Positions 1-15,394 of a stretch of 56,197 nt of DNA are shown piece after piece. The position numbers and the translations under genes are program-made. The number at the start of each line of letters is the position of its first letter. Positions within the stretch are counted from its first letter, which is position 1. The stretch is from Catajapyx aquilonaris. Lineage: Eukaryota. The stretch lies in NCBI GenBank assembly GCA_000934665.2, contig KZ538132.1, positions 62,001 through 118,197 on the forward strand, written 5' to 3'. The notes under the pieces are model-generated. The model made no database searches, was not told the origin of the DNA, and saw only the letters and a list, made by a program, of their open reading frames with translations.

Positions 1-3000
1 ACTATACGAGCATTTGTCAGAGACTATATGACATAAAATTTGAAGGGTGACAAGTAAAGTATTTTAATTTTTGCCACTAATTTGCATCAAGTGGAGCCAA
101 AATTGTAATGATGTCTGTTTAATCCTGCGTAGCTAATCCATTTGCAAATGTGCTTCGCTCTTTCTGAACATGCCCAGAATTGTTAATTGATTAATGCCAC
201 TAAATGAAGTGGTCTTCATCAAATCCTGATATACCGGTATTGTGTAGGCTGCGTAAAACGAATTGTAAAGAGAAGCCGTTGTTTATTAATATATGACAAG
301 TTCAGCTACATTTATAACGATTTGCGTTTAATCATGTGAGTAATGAGTGCACTTATAGAATGGTCTAAAAGCAAAGTGTGTACACGTGAAAATATCAAGG
401 GGAAATTTGCCCCTTTTTGTTGGATCAGCAGCATCTTCCTGGCCATTCTCCAGCAGGAGCTTGAGCTGCGAAAGTCAAGTAATGAAACTCCGCTTTGATT
501 AAATGGGAAGGGAAGTTTTAAGGAACTATGCAGAGTGAGAAAGTGTTTCCAGCGTTCTACCCCAAACTTGGGTGAAAAGAATGTCATTTCCAACGTAAAC
601 CTCGCAGAATGCGAATTGTTGCCTCTTTTGTAATTTTGTAATAAAAGCCACGTCTTTCCTTCTTCAGGGGAGCTCTTTGCCAATGGCAAGGGCAAACATA
701 CTGTGTGTGTAGCTGGGGGAGATCTTCCATGGTAAACTCTGGTTTAAAAGGGGAGTGCTTGATGTGACTGTCCAATTCCCCGGCTTAATTCATGCTAAGA
801 ATGACAGAAGCCTCGGGTGTATTGGCGCTAAATTCACTGCCACGTGATATTTGTTCCTGAACTTCAAAGAATCTTGGTGGGGAGCGCTTCAAAAGCTTTA
901 AACGATCCGCGGGATTTGAAGAGGATTTCTTTACTAATTTTAAACCCAAGTCAATTTTTCACAGTTTCAGTCAGTTTTTCTTCCGCTTGAATCAATGAGG
1001 GATCTATGGTAAAAGTTCCAGATGTTGAAAATATTCGAGTTCTAAGGATATTGACATTCTGCGGTATTTTCCACAAGTTCAAGAGTTTTGGAAAACTGCA
1101 GTTAAGTTATTGAAAGTTTCGCGTCATCTTTTTTCAAACTTGCACACTATATGACCTGATATAATACTGTCAGCTTCAGCATATATAAGAGAGCTGCCAG
1201 CTGCATCCTGCGCCAGTTTCACTCTAATTATTACAGGCTTAATTTTATTGTACTTTGGAGCCAATAGTTGTGCGACGTTGATTACCTCCGACCACCGCAG
1301 AGCAAAATTAGCGGGCATATTTCCTGGTGCTGGAGCGTCATCTATTCAAGAACAGTTCCTTCTCCGAGTCCCTTCCAGCAACTTCATCAAACTTTCAGGC
1401 TTATTTTTCAAGCAGAGGGCCGAGCTCCTTTTGTTTCTTGCAAATCATATTAGCGAACAAAGGGAGAAATGCGATGAAAGATTGGCTAAGGAGACAGGGG
1501 GAGAGAGAGAGTAGGATGGCATATATATAGAGGGAAGGAGTGGGGAGGAGGGGATTCGTTTACCACCTCCGGTTCTACATCCATTGTGCTTTGTAGGCTG
1601 CTCCTTCTGCATCGATTGGCACCTCTTTGCAGTACTCCTGACTGGAATTCTTCTCCCTTGTTTGTAGGCAGGATTAATTTTTCACGAGGAAGCGAGCGAG
1701 CGCCTCAGAAACTCCTTTCCCGGACGTTTTATACCCAGCAGGGCCTATTATTCTGATGCAAAAGGCAGCCCCGGCGTCATGTTGTCTGCTAAAAACCGTC
1801 ACTGTCATGTCCTGGAAATTCGACTTGTAGTGGCATACTCGAGGTGATGGATCAACTTTTGCGCAGTTTCGGATGAACTTGCTGGGGCTGTTAGATCCTT
1901 TGATGTTGGAGGATGTCGGGAGAAGCAAGCAATAAATCCGGTACTCTGTGTGGGATCGGATGCTTTTTGTATACCTCGTTCCTGGGCTAACTTGCGGTGT
2001 ATAGCAGGATAGTGCTTACTTGGCAGAGGATGTTTGGGATTCAAGTTTGGGATACGATTGGCCATGAGTGCTGGAGATTGAATTTTTGAGGTTAAAAAAG
2101 TAGAAAACGAGGACATGGAGCACAATGGACATTTTTACGTCACCCCATGGTATATCGAGTTGGTTTTTCCTTCTGTTAAAGTTAGTATAGTACCTGTCTA
2201 TAGGGTTCTACTGGCATGTTAGTACAGAACATAATAGGATTCGAGAGTGCTCGACATAGGCGTACAGAATATGATTTCAGTGGAAAAAATGCTTCTATCG
2301 ACATAGTTGTGTTTAGTAGTATAGCCAAAGAACTATGCCATCATGTAGCTCTGTCGAATTTTGGGGGAAATATGCTTTAATTAATGGCCAAACGGTACTT
2401 ACTTTTGGAATGCTGTAATAATTGAAGGACGCCAGGGCGAGTGGTTGTACGGTACAGAATGTTGATTTCCCCCCTGGAACCACTATGATTAATGAAGATA
2501 GTCCTACCCAACAAACATGGTAGCCGCCCTCCATTAAAAATTCGGCGCCACAAATAGCGTCAGCCATGTTGGATGAAATGTGGATGGGTAAATGAAAATG
2601 CTGTTGATTTGGGGCTGGCATCTGTGCTTTTGTATACAGTATACCATACAACACCCCTCGATGTTATGGATTGCTCTTTATCCTTGATTACCGCCTTGCT
2701 GTGTAACTTGAACTTGGCACTAGTACGGCGTTATCAGCTCCAGCTCGAGCCTGAAGCACACGGCAGAGGGGCTTGAAAAAACCTGAATCCGAGGCTTCCC
2801 CCGACCAACTTTGGGCGGAACAGAGAAGCTGTAATCTTGGGTACGGTGTATAGACTCATTCCCCCCCAACCTGGAGCCTTAGGCAACCACGGCTGCAACT
2901 ATGTCGGTGGGAGGAGGGAACTGCCGCACAATGTATACGTAAAGGCACAAAGTCCATGCTAATAGGATTCCCTAGGCGGGATTTCCATGGCAGTGAATAG

Positions 3001-6000
3001 CCAACGAGCTCCGTTTGGCGGGCTGGAGGCTTTCCAGTTAGGTTGGAGGGGTTGTCGGGGCTTTCGGGTGTTGTTGGGAGGCCCGAGCCCTTGTTGAAGG
3101 GAAGCCGGAATGCTACACGAGCACACGTTATGGAGGCTGCATTTGTGTGTGGCTTCCAGGACTATAACGCACCCTCCAGAAGAGCATAATTTTCCCATGA
3201 GGGCCTCGCTCAGGAGGATTCCGGAGGTGCTGGACGGAAGCACAGATTTTGGACAGGAGCCATTCACCCACACTTGGGGAAAAGCCTGGGGACCAACTCG
3301 CAGGCTGAGTTTGGGCACATGTTGAGTTTTGCTCCGAGTCATCTACTGCAAGTTGGCCTTGCCGTAAACACTGAAAATGCTGCTTTTGGGGGCGTCCACG
3401 CTGCTGTGATGTGACCAGCTAAATGGTGCTACTCTTTTTATGTACCGGTAGCTGAAGCAATGGGACACACTCTTTAGAATGGAGGATAACAATTTTTTGC
3501 GCTGAAGCAATATTTGGTATCATTGTTTCGCTCTGATGATTCTGTAAGAAAGGTCTGTATTGACGACTTTCAGCCAAACACACCCCTTTCCATATTACCT
3601 GGGGAAGACAGAAACGGATGAGCCCAGAGTTGCTGTATGTTCCCTGAAGGATTCCCTTCTGCCTCTTTCCTGAAATAAGAGTAGGACCATATTCTCTTCT
3701 TCTCCAAACTCCATTCGGACCCCCATCTCCTCCACCCCTCCCTCACTCTGCCGTTTTCCCCCGGACTTACTTTCCCCCTTTTTTTTCTGGCGGGGGGAAA
3801 ATACTACATCTCCTTTTGGTCCCAACCCTTGGATCCCAGTCCATTGGCGGCCGGCGAGCCATCCATCTTGATTGCGAAGGCCGTGGCCACCCACTTAGCC
3901 GGCCGGCAGGACTGCCAACCCTACTGTCCAGGCCAAGAATGGGACACAAGTCGAGCCATGACACACGGCAAAGATGGATGGATAGATATTCATCTTTAAT
4001 TTCCCACCGCGCCAAATGCTCCAGCCTCCTGCAAGGAGTCCTTAAGGGAGAGTTTTGCCGCGCCTTTTTTTCTGTATATCCCAGTTTGTGTCGGTCCAGT
4101 GACCTTTTTTGAGGTTAGATTCGGAAAAATAATGCTTATTTTTTGAAACACAACCTTGAGATGTGGATGTTTTTTTTAAATTTTAAATATATTAGTCGCA
4201 AGTGTGAGAAATCTGTATAGTTAAATACCAAAGAGGTCAGAATAAACTGCACTTATACAGTAATAACATATCTATAGCATTCTGTCCCCTTCCCCGTGTT
4301 CCACCTATATCCTGGCAGTGACATTATTTATGACCGGCCTCTCTCTCTCTCACCAGAAAATGCGTGGTCTCAGTGGTACTGAACTGTCACCTAGCACTCT
4401 GTTTGGTTTCAAAAATGACATGGCCACAATAGCCTGCATGAGGTTAAAGCGGCACGTGTCAGGTACTGTCAAATGTGTTTGCATAATCAGAAGGAAATAA
4501 AACTTTGCATCAAACGCATTTGTCAGATTCAAACACGCTTTGTTGGGGGGGAGGGGGGCGCTTCAATGTTGGCTGGAGGTGTGATAATTATGCAAGGTGT
4601 GATCTGGCGGAATGGAAAGGGGGAAGTTCCCTCCCTATTGGATGTACAATTTATGTACTTTTTAGTGGCGGATTGTCAGCGTCATATTTGTTACCATCAT
4701 TTTAGGCACGTTCCCCTCATGTGCATTTTTAGTCCTGTCACGTACGGAACGGCTAGGCCCACAGGAATTCTTATCATTATTCACTTTTGGGGAAGGAATG
4801 TTTGCAGAAGTCATAGCCCAAGCTTGCAGTTATTGAAATTAGGAGATATAAGAATAATAATGAACGTGAAGAATATTTATTCTTGACATTGAATTATTAC
4901 ATGTGATACTAACCTATACACGGTGTCCAATAACGCCCACGACAGTTTCTGCTATAACAATGCATAACATATTCCCTTGTTCATAAGTGGTATAACCATG
5001 GCGGTGAGAGTTTACACCATATCTTCAAGACAGTATTACGATAATAGCATAAGCATTCATATTTACCCCTGCGTGTAATACAGGCAGCGTTGCAGTAAAA
5101 GGAGCAAGACTCCTTTATGATTCAATGTACTGTAGTTACTTCAGTTCGCGCCATCATGTAATGTTTAACGACCCGCATTTAACGTTGTTTGCAGGGTGTA
5201 CAGTACATCATTTGATTTGCAAGTGATGAAAGCAAACATGCGTAACTTGCCTACAGTACTACATGCAACACAGCAGCAACGCACATCTTGTCCTCGCTGC
5301 TGCTTGGACCTCCACAGCCATGTGGAAACCACATTTAATTAGCCCCATGGAATTGTCCCAAAGTGTGCAGTTAGAGGAGATGTTGGCCGCGCCAAGCCGT
5401 GTCCTCATTAATATACTGCTTGACAGGTAGCCCAAGAGTTGTGATGAAATATTCATAGCCAAGTCAATCAAAAGGTCAATTAGTATGGACTGGACCGTGG
5501 TAGAAACCACTTTAGCTCGTTTCAACGCACGGTACCGTTGCATACATGAGGTAAATGGCGGGGACCTATTATTCCTCATTATTCACCTTCATGCATAAAG
5601 GTTTTTTCAGCCGGCATAACTTTTCGTGGCCATTACCGGTTTGCAGCCAGCCAAATGGATTTAACAACAAGAGCTGGACGCATTTATTTGGACGTGCTTT
5701 TCGTGGGGACAACCCAGGCCAGACCCTGCATATTTAATAAGCAGTTAGGTGCGTAAAGTGCGCAAGGTGCTGCGTAGGATATTGGCAAGAGTTATTGTAC
5801 ATAGGGGAAGCCGTTGTGGTCTCGTGTAAATTATGACCTCCTCGGCCGATTTGGGCGATCGATGGCGCCGTTGTGCGGGTCCCGTTCACGAGGTTTGAAA
5901 GGACCGATATTGAATGTGGCTTTTGGGTTCACGCTCGACTGTGACGGAACTTACCAGATGCGACGGGGATTAATTTTTTACGAGGAGACTTCCCCCACCC

Positions 6001-9000
6001 TCGACTAACCTCTCCAAGTTAGGAGAGCTGGTTGTGGCTGCAGATTTCAGGGGAGGTATACACTAGCTTGCTAGGGGTCGGATAGACAGTTGCAGTTTCG
6101 ATTTTAGCCGGGATTCAACGCTGTTTTACCATGAGTGAAGCAGCTACGGGGGGGAGGTTGGGACGCTCAAAACTTAATTGAAATCGACCCAACTCTGTTT
6201 TTATGATCGCCAGGGATGAATCTACTGCAAAGGGAGGGATGATAACCAAGAACACAAATTGGACTCTTGAAGGTTAGGGCTGCGAAATTAAAACGCAATC
6301 GTGTTGCAGTACTAAAAGTATGGCAGCGGATCTCTTTTTTTATTACAATTTTTCATTTCCAGTTGTGGCTGTTACAAAGCAAGCGACACGTGGCGTTATT
6401 TGCCCAGCAACCCGAGGGTAGGTAACGAGTTTTGTCTCATTCAAATAGCAGCATTTTTTAAAAAAAAATGTTGTAGATTTTACAAAGTTTGAGCCAGGTT
6501 TTTGCATCTCATTTTTTTAAAATTCCTGACGCGTGTCTTGCCATTGTAGCAAGTGCTTGAGCCGAATATTGCTTGGTCGTTGGCCAGCCTGCTGGCTCTT
6601 GGAATTCTGAAGGCAAAAAGAAAAGGGAGTGGACCAATTGTTCCGAGCGGAAAGTTTAGGAGGAAAACAGCGTTGGTGGCGTCTCCGGATGAAACCGAAG
6701 CTCATTCTTTGGCCGACTGTCGAATTTGGAGAGGAGGGAGGGTAGGACCTGGCCGGAAATTCCTTTTTTTTCCAAGAGGGGGGGCTCCGGTGCTATTAAG
6801 TCCCTCCGGAGCCCTCCCTTGAAACACGAGACACAAACTTCTTTTTGTGTTGCGTTTGGTATCCCGAGTGAGTAGGTAACCTAATGGGTCACGCTTCCCT
6901 GCAGAGTGCCTCCCGTGCAGAAACGCTTGGATTTGTGCAGCTTGATGTAATTAACGGGACTGGCGCACCGATGGTCGGCCCAATTATTGACCTATTGTTA
7001 GGGTCCAATCGCTGTGTTGACAATGAGTGATTGGAAGAATTGGGTTTCCGAAGTTAGACATCACTCTTCCCTTCGAAATGAACTGATGTCCATTGGTTAC
7101 AGATGTGCGTGTGCAGGTATATTGCGAAATGGGTTAGTGATGTGTTGACAAAACCAGTTTGGTTACATACGGCACATGTGAATCATTCAACGGAAATAAT
7201 TTCTGGATTTTCTTCCAATTGAGTTGCAGCTAATCAGAACTATCCAACCAACCATTTAATTTATTAGTGGAAAAAGTATTGTCGCTTTTTCTCCTTCTTG
7301 TTCGTTCCTGGATAACGAGCGGTGGTGAACGTAGTCGGTAGAAATTATGAGGTTGGCAGAAGCGTGAAATAAGTTGCTAGGTTCGGTTTCCAAGAAGATA
7401 TTGGATTGGAGTGGAAATGAACGACGATGTAATGAGAACCTCCACACGCCGTGTGGATTTATGGGGGAAGTCGTCTGCTTTTTTTTTTCTTCTTGGAATG
7501 AAAAGAGAGGAAGCTACGGAATCAGCTTATTTGAAGACGCGTCTTGTGAAAGCCGCGCATGTTTCCTCCTACAGCATCTGAGGTTAGGTAAAAGTTAACC
7601 TTCACTGCCATTATTCTTCATCTCGAACCTCAAATACGGCTTGAGATGTTTACATATAGTTAGCGCTGATTACTCGTCGGTAAAATTAACGAGCTTCCTG
7701 CTGCTGCTCAACTCATAAGTAACTCCCAGCGAGTTTGAGTCGCTGAAGAGGAAAAGCCGCCGCCACCCCTCAACTTCCACCCTCGAAACAAATTTTCCTA
7801 CCCACAAATCCTTCCTTCACATCGAAATATCCTGACGGAAACCGCCGCCAGTGGCCTCAGTCCTCTATTCCTCGCTAACTCAATTTTTCCCTCCGGGTTT
7901 TTTTCCCCTCTTTTCCTACCCCTCTTCCCCTTCTCCTCCACCCGCTCCTCTCTTTTTTTTCTGTGTGCAAAGCCCAAGTTTCCTTTCCTCTTGTCCAGAG
8001 CGATCTCCATCCCTGTGAAGCTGGGAGGAAAGCTCTCCGCAAATGGGAAGCGGTGCTGGAAAAGAGTTTTGGCTGCCGAGTCTTTGCCAATCAGGAACCC
8101 GGACACGGAGAGGGAATTCCTCTTCATTCATTCCTCATTTGAGAACCTGCACCGTCAGAAGAAGAAAAAAAAAATCGTGAAGTTTTTTCCTTAAAAAAAA
8201 TGAAGGCCTCCCTACTTTGCAAGGTTGCCAAATGACTTTTTTTTGCAACTGAATTGTGCCTGAAGGCAAGACACTGCTGGCATAAAGAAGAAAAAAAGGC
8301 GGGTGGGATAATAGCGGCTGTAAGAACCTGCTGGATTATATTAAATTACCATTGTGTTTACTGCCTTCAGGCTTGTACGCCCCGCATTTCCTGCAGGAAT
8401 GAGGTAATACAATAGTGGCTGTCGTTATGTTTCATAAAATGCGCGGGTTTTAATAAGAGAACTGGAGAACAGGATGTGTGTGTGCGGTATAGAGTAGCCA
8501 TTATATTGTGTAACTCGTAAATGTTGTAATCAATATGCAGCTCTAAAATCTTTCTGCAGTGCATCTCAAAAGCATTTTTCAGGTGTATGAAATAATCCAC
8601 TGGGTGGGAACATTAGTAAATATTATGTACAGGGAACGGAAACCAATAACCACTATAGTAGTCTCTATAGTGTTTTTGTGGGACTTGACAATTGCATGAA
8701 CACTTTGAGATGGTTGCAACTAGGTTAGAGCCTGAAATATTAAATTGATTTTATTACGCTGCTGCTCTTTTCAAATTAGGACCGCATTGTCATACATTAA
8801 GGTTGTTTCAAAAATTTAGGATGTAAATGTTTTATTTCATTTTGCAGTCACTGCAAGCTTATTGCACAAAATTGTAGTAATTCCCTAGCCTACATATTTG
8901 CCAACTAGATCGAGAAAATGCATAGTCGACTACCTAAAACAGCATTATTACATGAGTGACATGAATAATTCAGCCTCTGAGCTTAGCAATAGCTGAAGTA

Positions 9001-9914
9001 CCTGCAGCAGAATTTTTCATGACCTGCCCTGAGTCCAAAGAGGCCTACTCCAAGGAGCTTTACGGATTTTAAATAAACCATCTTCATAGTTGGCATTAAT
9101 TTTGCAAAGGGAATTGAACAACGACATGAAACAGCCGTGGACTGCCGTTAACCCCTATATTGTTTGTTTGTGTAGGCGGCTTCTCCTTTGTTGTCAAAAA
9201 GATATTATCATTAATGATCTTTACCAACCGCAGGAAGCGGGACTAAAACCTCCTGCCTCCTACCTTGCACGGCTGTTGCTCTCTCCAGCTTTTGGTCTCC
9301 ATGGCGAGGAATTAGTCCTAAATGCCGAGTTCAATAAGCTGAGAGTTTCTACCGCTATACCTAACAGGATTTAGTGCCAGGAAAATTATGAAATGCGGAG
9401 CAGAGGAATAACGAGCAAGAAGCAATGATTTCTAGAAAGCAAGAGATTTCCTCAAACACGGAACACGGTTAAAATCAGTTCAAGCACCGAAATTGATGAT
9501 GTGAAACCCGAGTAAATTCCGGGCGGCAGTGCAAACTGAAGAGAAGCTCAGAAACATAGTCGGCTTACCGCTTATTAGAATGCACCATCCATACTATACA
9601 TGTTCAGTCTCAGCACCCCTATACACGTACAGTGTTTTAATAAGCCCCCCCTTGTCTTGTCAGTAAATGTATGACGGCGAATCTCAATTTAGATGGGGAA
9701 AGCGCATTAGTTCATACTTGCATGATGCTGAGAGTGCAATGAATGTGTAAGCTCGAGTAGAAAGAAGAGGGGGTCTGTTCTACGCGTAGATTAATTTGCT
9801 GGCGGAACACCCGCCTCCAGGCTCCGGGGAAGAGAGACTGATATGAACCCGAGGACCGGAATGCATAGTTGGGCTAGATTAGAAACAATTTTTCTGGACC
9901 ATTAAACTGAGGAC

Positions 9915-9938
9915 GGGGGGGGGGGGGGGGGNGGGGGG
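9915..9938. repeat. Poly-G tract containing a single-N gap
   Basis: G17-N-G6; true length uncertain. Confidence 0.9.
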
Positions 9939-12830
9939 ACAAAAAAAGAGGCGCTGTTTCTCCCGCCTGAAGTCAATCGCAGCTGGACATGAAACAGAAG
10001 CTACGGGAGAGAAGCCAAGCGAAATAAGCACCATTGGGAGTGCTTATCGTCTCCCAGATCATTTTTTGTACGTATCGAATGGGGCTGGCTTCGGAGTTGG
10101 CGTTATAATAGAGGTAGAAGAGGGAAGAAGTCCCCCACCATTTTTTGGTGTGTTCCTGGTTCCATGCACAGGATCCGAAATGGATTCCGATGCAAGCTTT
10201 AACGGCTTCCCAATGAACTCCATTTCGTTCTTCTCCTGCGTTGACACAACCATACTTTACTGTGCCTTGGGAGAGTGATGGTGGAGAGGCGGAAGAAAGG
10301 ATGGGTCTTGATCCCGGCCAGATCGAAGGGGCTCACGTTTCGAAGGTGGGGCAAAAGAGATGAAGAGAGGGGCTGGAAAGGAAGGGAGGTCCCCTCTCCT
10401 AGTAAATCTAGCCTCATTAACATTGATGGCACTGTTTTGTCTTTAAATGCTCTTGTTCGACAGTCTCTTTGCGGTGGTCCCCCATAAGCCGGATCAGTAT
10501 TAGCTAGTCTCTCTCTTTCCGGCTTTCCGCCTCTTTTTCGGGGTCCCCTGCTAAGAATTGCATCGGGGTCGTGCTTTCACACCCCTCCTTGTTTTACAGC
10601 GGGCAATAAAACACGGAACGTTCCAGGGCTGGATTGCACATTGCGTCTATTTCTCTAGCTCTGTGAGTGGGGGTGTCAGGAATGCGGAATTAGCACGGGA
10701 TGAGTTCCGGTGCACGTCACTGCATGCACAGCAGAGTCCTGCATGGTGCTCGTTTTATATGAAAAGCTGTACCAACAATGTGCCAATATAGCATTACTTT
10801 TGAGTGAAGGAGCGAGGTGGATATCAGAAATTTTGGTATGTGTTTGCCTGTTTGTTGGAAGCAAAGGCGATGTTTTTCTCTGGCCCCACCTATATATAGG
10901 AAATTGCAAAGCCACCTCGTAGATTGCAACGCGAGCTAGGTTGGGAATCCTGTGCCGGTGAATTGCGGGGGTCCCTCTCAATCGCAATAGTTCTGCCCCA
11001 CCAAGATTAATGGCCACCGCCAGCCCCGCAGACCCTAATGCTTCACGGACACCGATCTTAATAAAATCAGGCGCCCACTTTTCTAGATTCCCATTCAACA
11101 CACGGACGGTTCCACAGCGAAACAAGTCTCGGGCGATCTTAATGGAATTTCCTGGATCCTCCTCTGCTCCAAATGTCGCCCAAGTAACCTTATGCTATAT
11201 AACTGCTGTTGCTCGGGGTAGGATAAAGGGATAGAGCGTGCTGCTTCATCTTGATCTATGATTGGGACTGAAGATATATACGGAAGAATGTTCCTGAGCG
11301 CTTTATTACATGGTGATATACAGGTTAGGGATGCAGCCAAGGGCAAAAGCGGTGGGATTTTTTAAATATTCGGAAGTACAGTATAAATAGGTTTTAAAGT
11401 CGACATATAGTGAATGTTAAAATAAGTAATTACTCGCATTTATTGTTATTACAACATACTACTGTATTCTGCTCTGTTGTGCCGGTATTTGTTAAACTGA
11501 AGCAGAAGTTGAGGACGTTAATGAGTCTGCATAGTAAGCAGTACAATAAGCACCGGTATATGAACAAAATAATGTCAACATGAAAACAATGTTCATTATT
11601 TTGTTGCCTAATCACATTATTTTGTGTGCCCGTTTATAAGGAAGAGCCCAAAAATAGGCGTGGGGATAGGCAAATTGTAGAATCAATTATCATTTAGTCT
11701 TCTGTTTTACATAATTGTTATGCATATAAATGGTAGCTATAAATAACATATAATTACAAGAGACACATTACCAAAACAATGATGAGCAAAATAATAGCCT
11801 ACAAATCGGAAATGAGACCAGCAGGATATTATATTTCCATCAACAATCTTCAAAGTAATTTTGTCTCCCGACAAGAGATCGCTCCGCACATTTCCATCCA
11901 CAGTAGGATGCTTGTCATATTATAACCTTATTTTCGTGTTTCAATTTTTTGTTTTCTGTGTAGGCGTTTTGCTGTAGCAGATCTCTCAGGCACTGTACGA
12001 ATTTCCATAATGCTATATACGCATATTATTGTGTCATATTGCGACGGATGCATCGAGCGTCCTTGTCTGAAATACATTGCGCAATTTTACTCACTGTCAT
12101 GAGGATTACACAATGCTCGAGTAGGATGAGGAGCATACAGTGCATGTCCAGGTATGACAACTCACTTTGTTGATCCAGAGAGAAAAATGTAGTGGATGTC
12201 TGAGGCCATGCAGTTTAGGGAGACACCGTGATTTCCTAGGCCGTGAGAGCTAGGATGCAGATGTCAAGATGGCGAGAAGAGGTGTCGCGAGGACGTGACA
12301 GGCGTGGAAATGCGTGGCACCGTATAGCTATAGTATACACATGCTTCTGGAAGGGAGGACGCAGCGTCGAGAGATGGTAAGTAGGGCTTTTCCATGGATG
12401 CGAAGGGGGCGAGGCCAATCGATGTTTGAAGGACTTCTTAGGTGGAACAGGAGTGTCCAGGGAGTCCAAGGGACATCCAGTCCAACTGACAGCTGTCTCG
12501 CCTGCGCCCCGCTCCGGAAGCCCTCTTGGTCTGCTAGAGGGAAATGGGATTGGGAATCGAAGCCTTGCTGTTGCTCCTGCAGCTGCCAAAGAATTCCGAA
12601 AACTCGTGAAACAGCACCAACCCACCCTTCGCTCCAACTGCCTTCGCTTCCCGGGAAATGATCTGGGCTTCAGGATCTCTTTCCCTTACTTTTTTTCGCC
12701 TTCCCCAACCAGTTCTTTTCCTTTCTTTTGTAAGCATTGCGTCAGATTGAACACGGTGCAGTTTCCTTATTTATTCATGGCGTTAATAATGCATCGGTTA
12801 GCTCATGCTTTAGTGGTGTGTGCAGCTAAT

Positions 12831-12848
12831 AACTGTTAATTAACAGTT
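12831..12848. repeat. Perfect 18-bp palindrome with TTAATTAA core
   Basis: AACTGTTAATTAACAGTT. Confidence 0.8.
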
Positions 12849-15394
12849 TTAGTAGTAATTTCCAGCGGAGTAAATGCTGGCGAAAGAACGCTGAATGATG
12901 AATGCAAAAGTACCAGATCTCTTCCGGTTAAGTAATCGAATGACTGCAGTAAGTGCCAATTTCCTCTGATGAAGGAATATCCCGCCTCCAAACTTTAACA
13001 TCTCCTTTATCTCTCCCACCAATCGTGAAATTTTTGGCACCATTCGCCATTCCAACTGCTGCCACTTCCTAGCAACCTTCGTCAATTAGCTTAGGCCGTG
13101 CTGCAAGCAGAATGCGATGCAATGACCCAGTCACTCCCTTCGCATGTCTATAGACAGCTCATTCATTTTCTTTTTCAACCGCGCTACGTCTTATCGAGAC
13201 AGCTTGGAGATGTGCTGTCATGCGGAAGGAACGTGTCGTGCTTGCGAAAGTTCTTCAGGCAGTTCTGCAAAGTTGATCGGTTTATGTGGGCCTCCCACTT
13301 CTCGCATTTTGGTGAAGTTATGGTGCACAGTTTGACCTCATTATAATATACTGCATTAAGATTTTTTCTTTTAGTATGGTTGACCTCCTGATTACTTTCT
13401 GTGGAGCTAGCATCACCTGCATCAAAAAGAGAAGCAGGGGACTGACCTTATAGGCGTACATTATATCAGGCAGGTTATACCCATGGGTATTCTGGCGAAA
13501 CTGGTAGGTCCGTGGCCCTGCCGCACAGTTGGAAGCGCTCTTTGATCTGGTTACAGCACGTATGGAATGTCAAAACCAGAATGGAAATAAATATTGCACA
13601 ACCGTGCGCAACAATTTCAGAGGTCATAATAAGGGGAGCAATGGGTGGTGTGTCTGCAGATTATGGATGCCAGCCAACCATCAAAAGCGGGGCCGAGGGA
13701 ACCGAAGTGGAGGGGGGTTGGGAGAATGTGAGTGCTAGCTAGGAATGGGTTGGGAGGGGGGAAACTAGCAGCAGTTGTGGGAGTTTGAAAATCCGGGCCC
13801 AGCCTTTCTGAAAAGGCACGAATTCGGTTTCAGGGGAGAGCCCGGACGGCAGACCGCAGCACATGTTGGGGATGCTGCAACGGTGTGCTGGGGAAATGCC
13901 CCCTCAGCGCTCGCCGTTTATAAAACGATAATCTCATTACACTTCTGGTGTCGGACGCGGGTGTTAATTTGTCAAAATATATTTAACGTCACCAGGTCGC
14001 TTCAACGCCGAATGAGGGTGGCGTTTTTCTGATTGCTAATCAGTAATAAACGAAACAGTCATTAACTGTGCTATACTTTTTTTAAAACCAATTATTATAT
14101 ATAGGAAATACCATACATGTCTAAAGTTTTGAATGCACTGTACACTATACCTCATGTGGAAAGTGCTACTTTGGCCGCAATGCACGTTTCCCTTTACAGG
14201 TCTATGTTTATAAATGTTTTCCAAGTAACAGTGGTGATTTTCATCTCGTTTAATGGAATCCTGGGGCATGAGCATGCGATTGGTTGGTTCGAAATGGCAG
14301 ATACTGTTTGAAGTGCTCGTGACACGGCAAAATTTTTATTTTAATGATGCAATGATGATATTTCATTGCGGCATGCTGCTCAATAATCTCGTTGGAAGCA
14401 GATTAGGCTTGTTATTTTTGTGCTGCAAATACCGGCGTCCAGAACTTTCAGTTTTTTCAAATGTCAAATTTTTGGAACACTTCTTTACACGTGCTTGCTT
14501 TTTTGACGGGTTTTTAATATCACGGTGATGTGTACGATGTACGTATATCAAGGGAGTAAATTAATGAGCTCGTCACACTGGCTTTTGTGAAGTGAAGCTG
14601 TACGGAAGCTCCCTTTGTTTAATTAACTCTAGAAATAGCTGACTTGAAGCCCTTCCCAAGCTCGGAAACTGACGTTTGACAGGAAGGTCTTAACTAAGGA
14701 TGGAATTGTGCTATTGACACTTTGCTGGATTCCTAAATAATAGAGACGCGTAGAGTACACAGTGTTTCCGCCAGTTTGTTTTGGGCTCTCAAGCTTTAAA
14801 TTAATGAAGGCTGTTTGTCACACACATACAAGGATCGCTTTGCTCCTCCTTAGGCACAAATAATGAATTAAAATCCTTAATGGTCGTGATTTTGTTGAAG
14901 CATGCTGTTATGTTTGGCTGCGGCCCTTTTGATATGTGTGATATGTGGATCTGTCGATATTATTGTGCATACAATTTAGGTCTTCCAGTAGATCAAGTAA
15001 ATGTCCCATTATTTGGGAATAACAGACCACCCTGTGGATATTTTACATAATTGGGTCATCACGGTATAATTGCATTGTGAATCGAGGCAGTATTGACAAA
15101 TTGTAGCCATGCATTACGCCAGACATACCCGTATCACCCTCTTTTATTTATTCGCCCCATTTACTTCTTGCTGTTCTGTAAACAACCGAACCGCTCACTT
15201 CTCGGGTGCAAACTCCTCATAATTACCTGCTTTGTGACGTACCGCCGCATGCAACAAGGGTACCCATTAGGCAAGCCAGCCAGTAGTTGTAATAAGCTCC
15301 ATTTGCTAATGAAATGAAGATAAATTCCAGCACCTAAAAATGAAGTCAAGCCCAACATGCGTAAAGCTTCACTTTGGCCCAGCGTCCCCCACAT

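Noticed and set aside
1162..1173. TAATACTGTCAG matches the first 12 nt of miR-8
   Set aside because: The 3' half diverges and there is no complementary star arm upstream.
8264..8284. AGGCAAGA-CAC-TGCTGGCATA resembles miR-31
   Set aside because: It requires a 3-nt insertion and has no hairpin partner.
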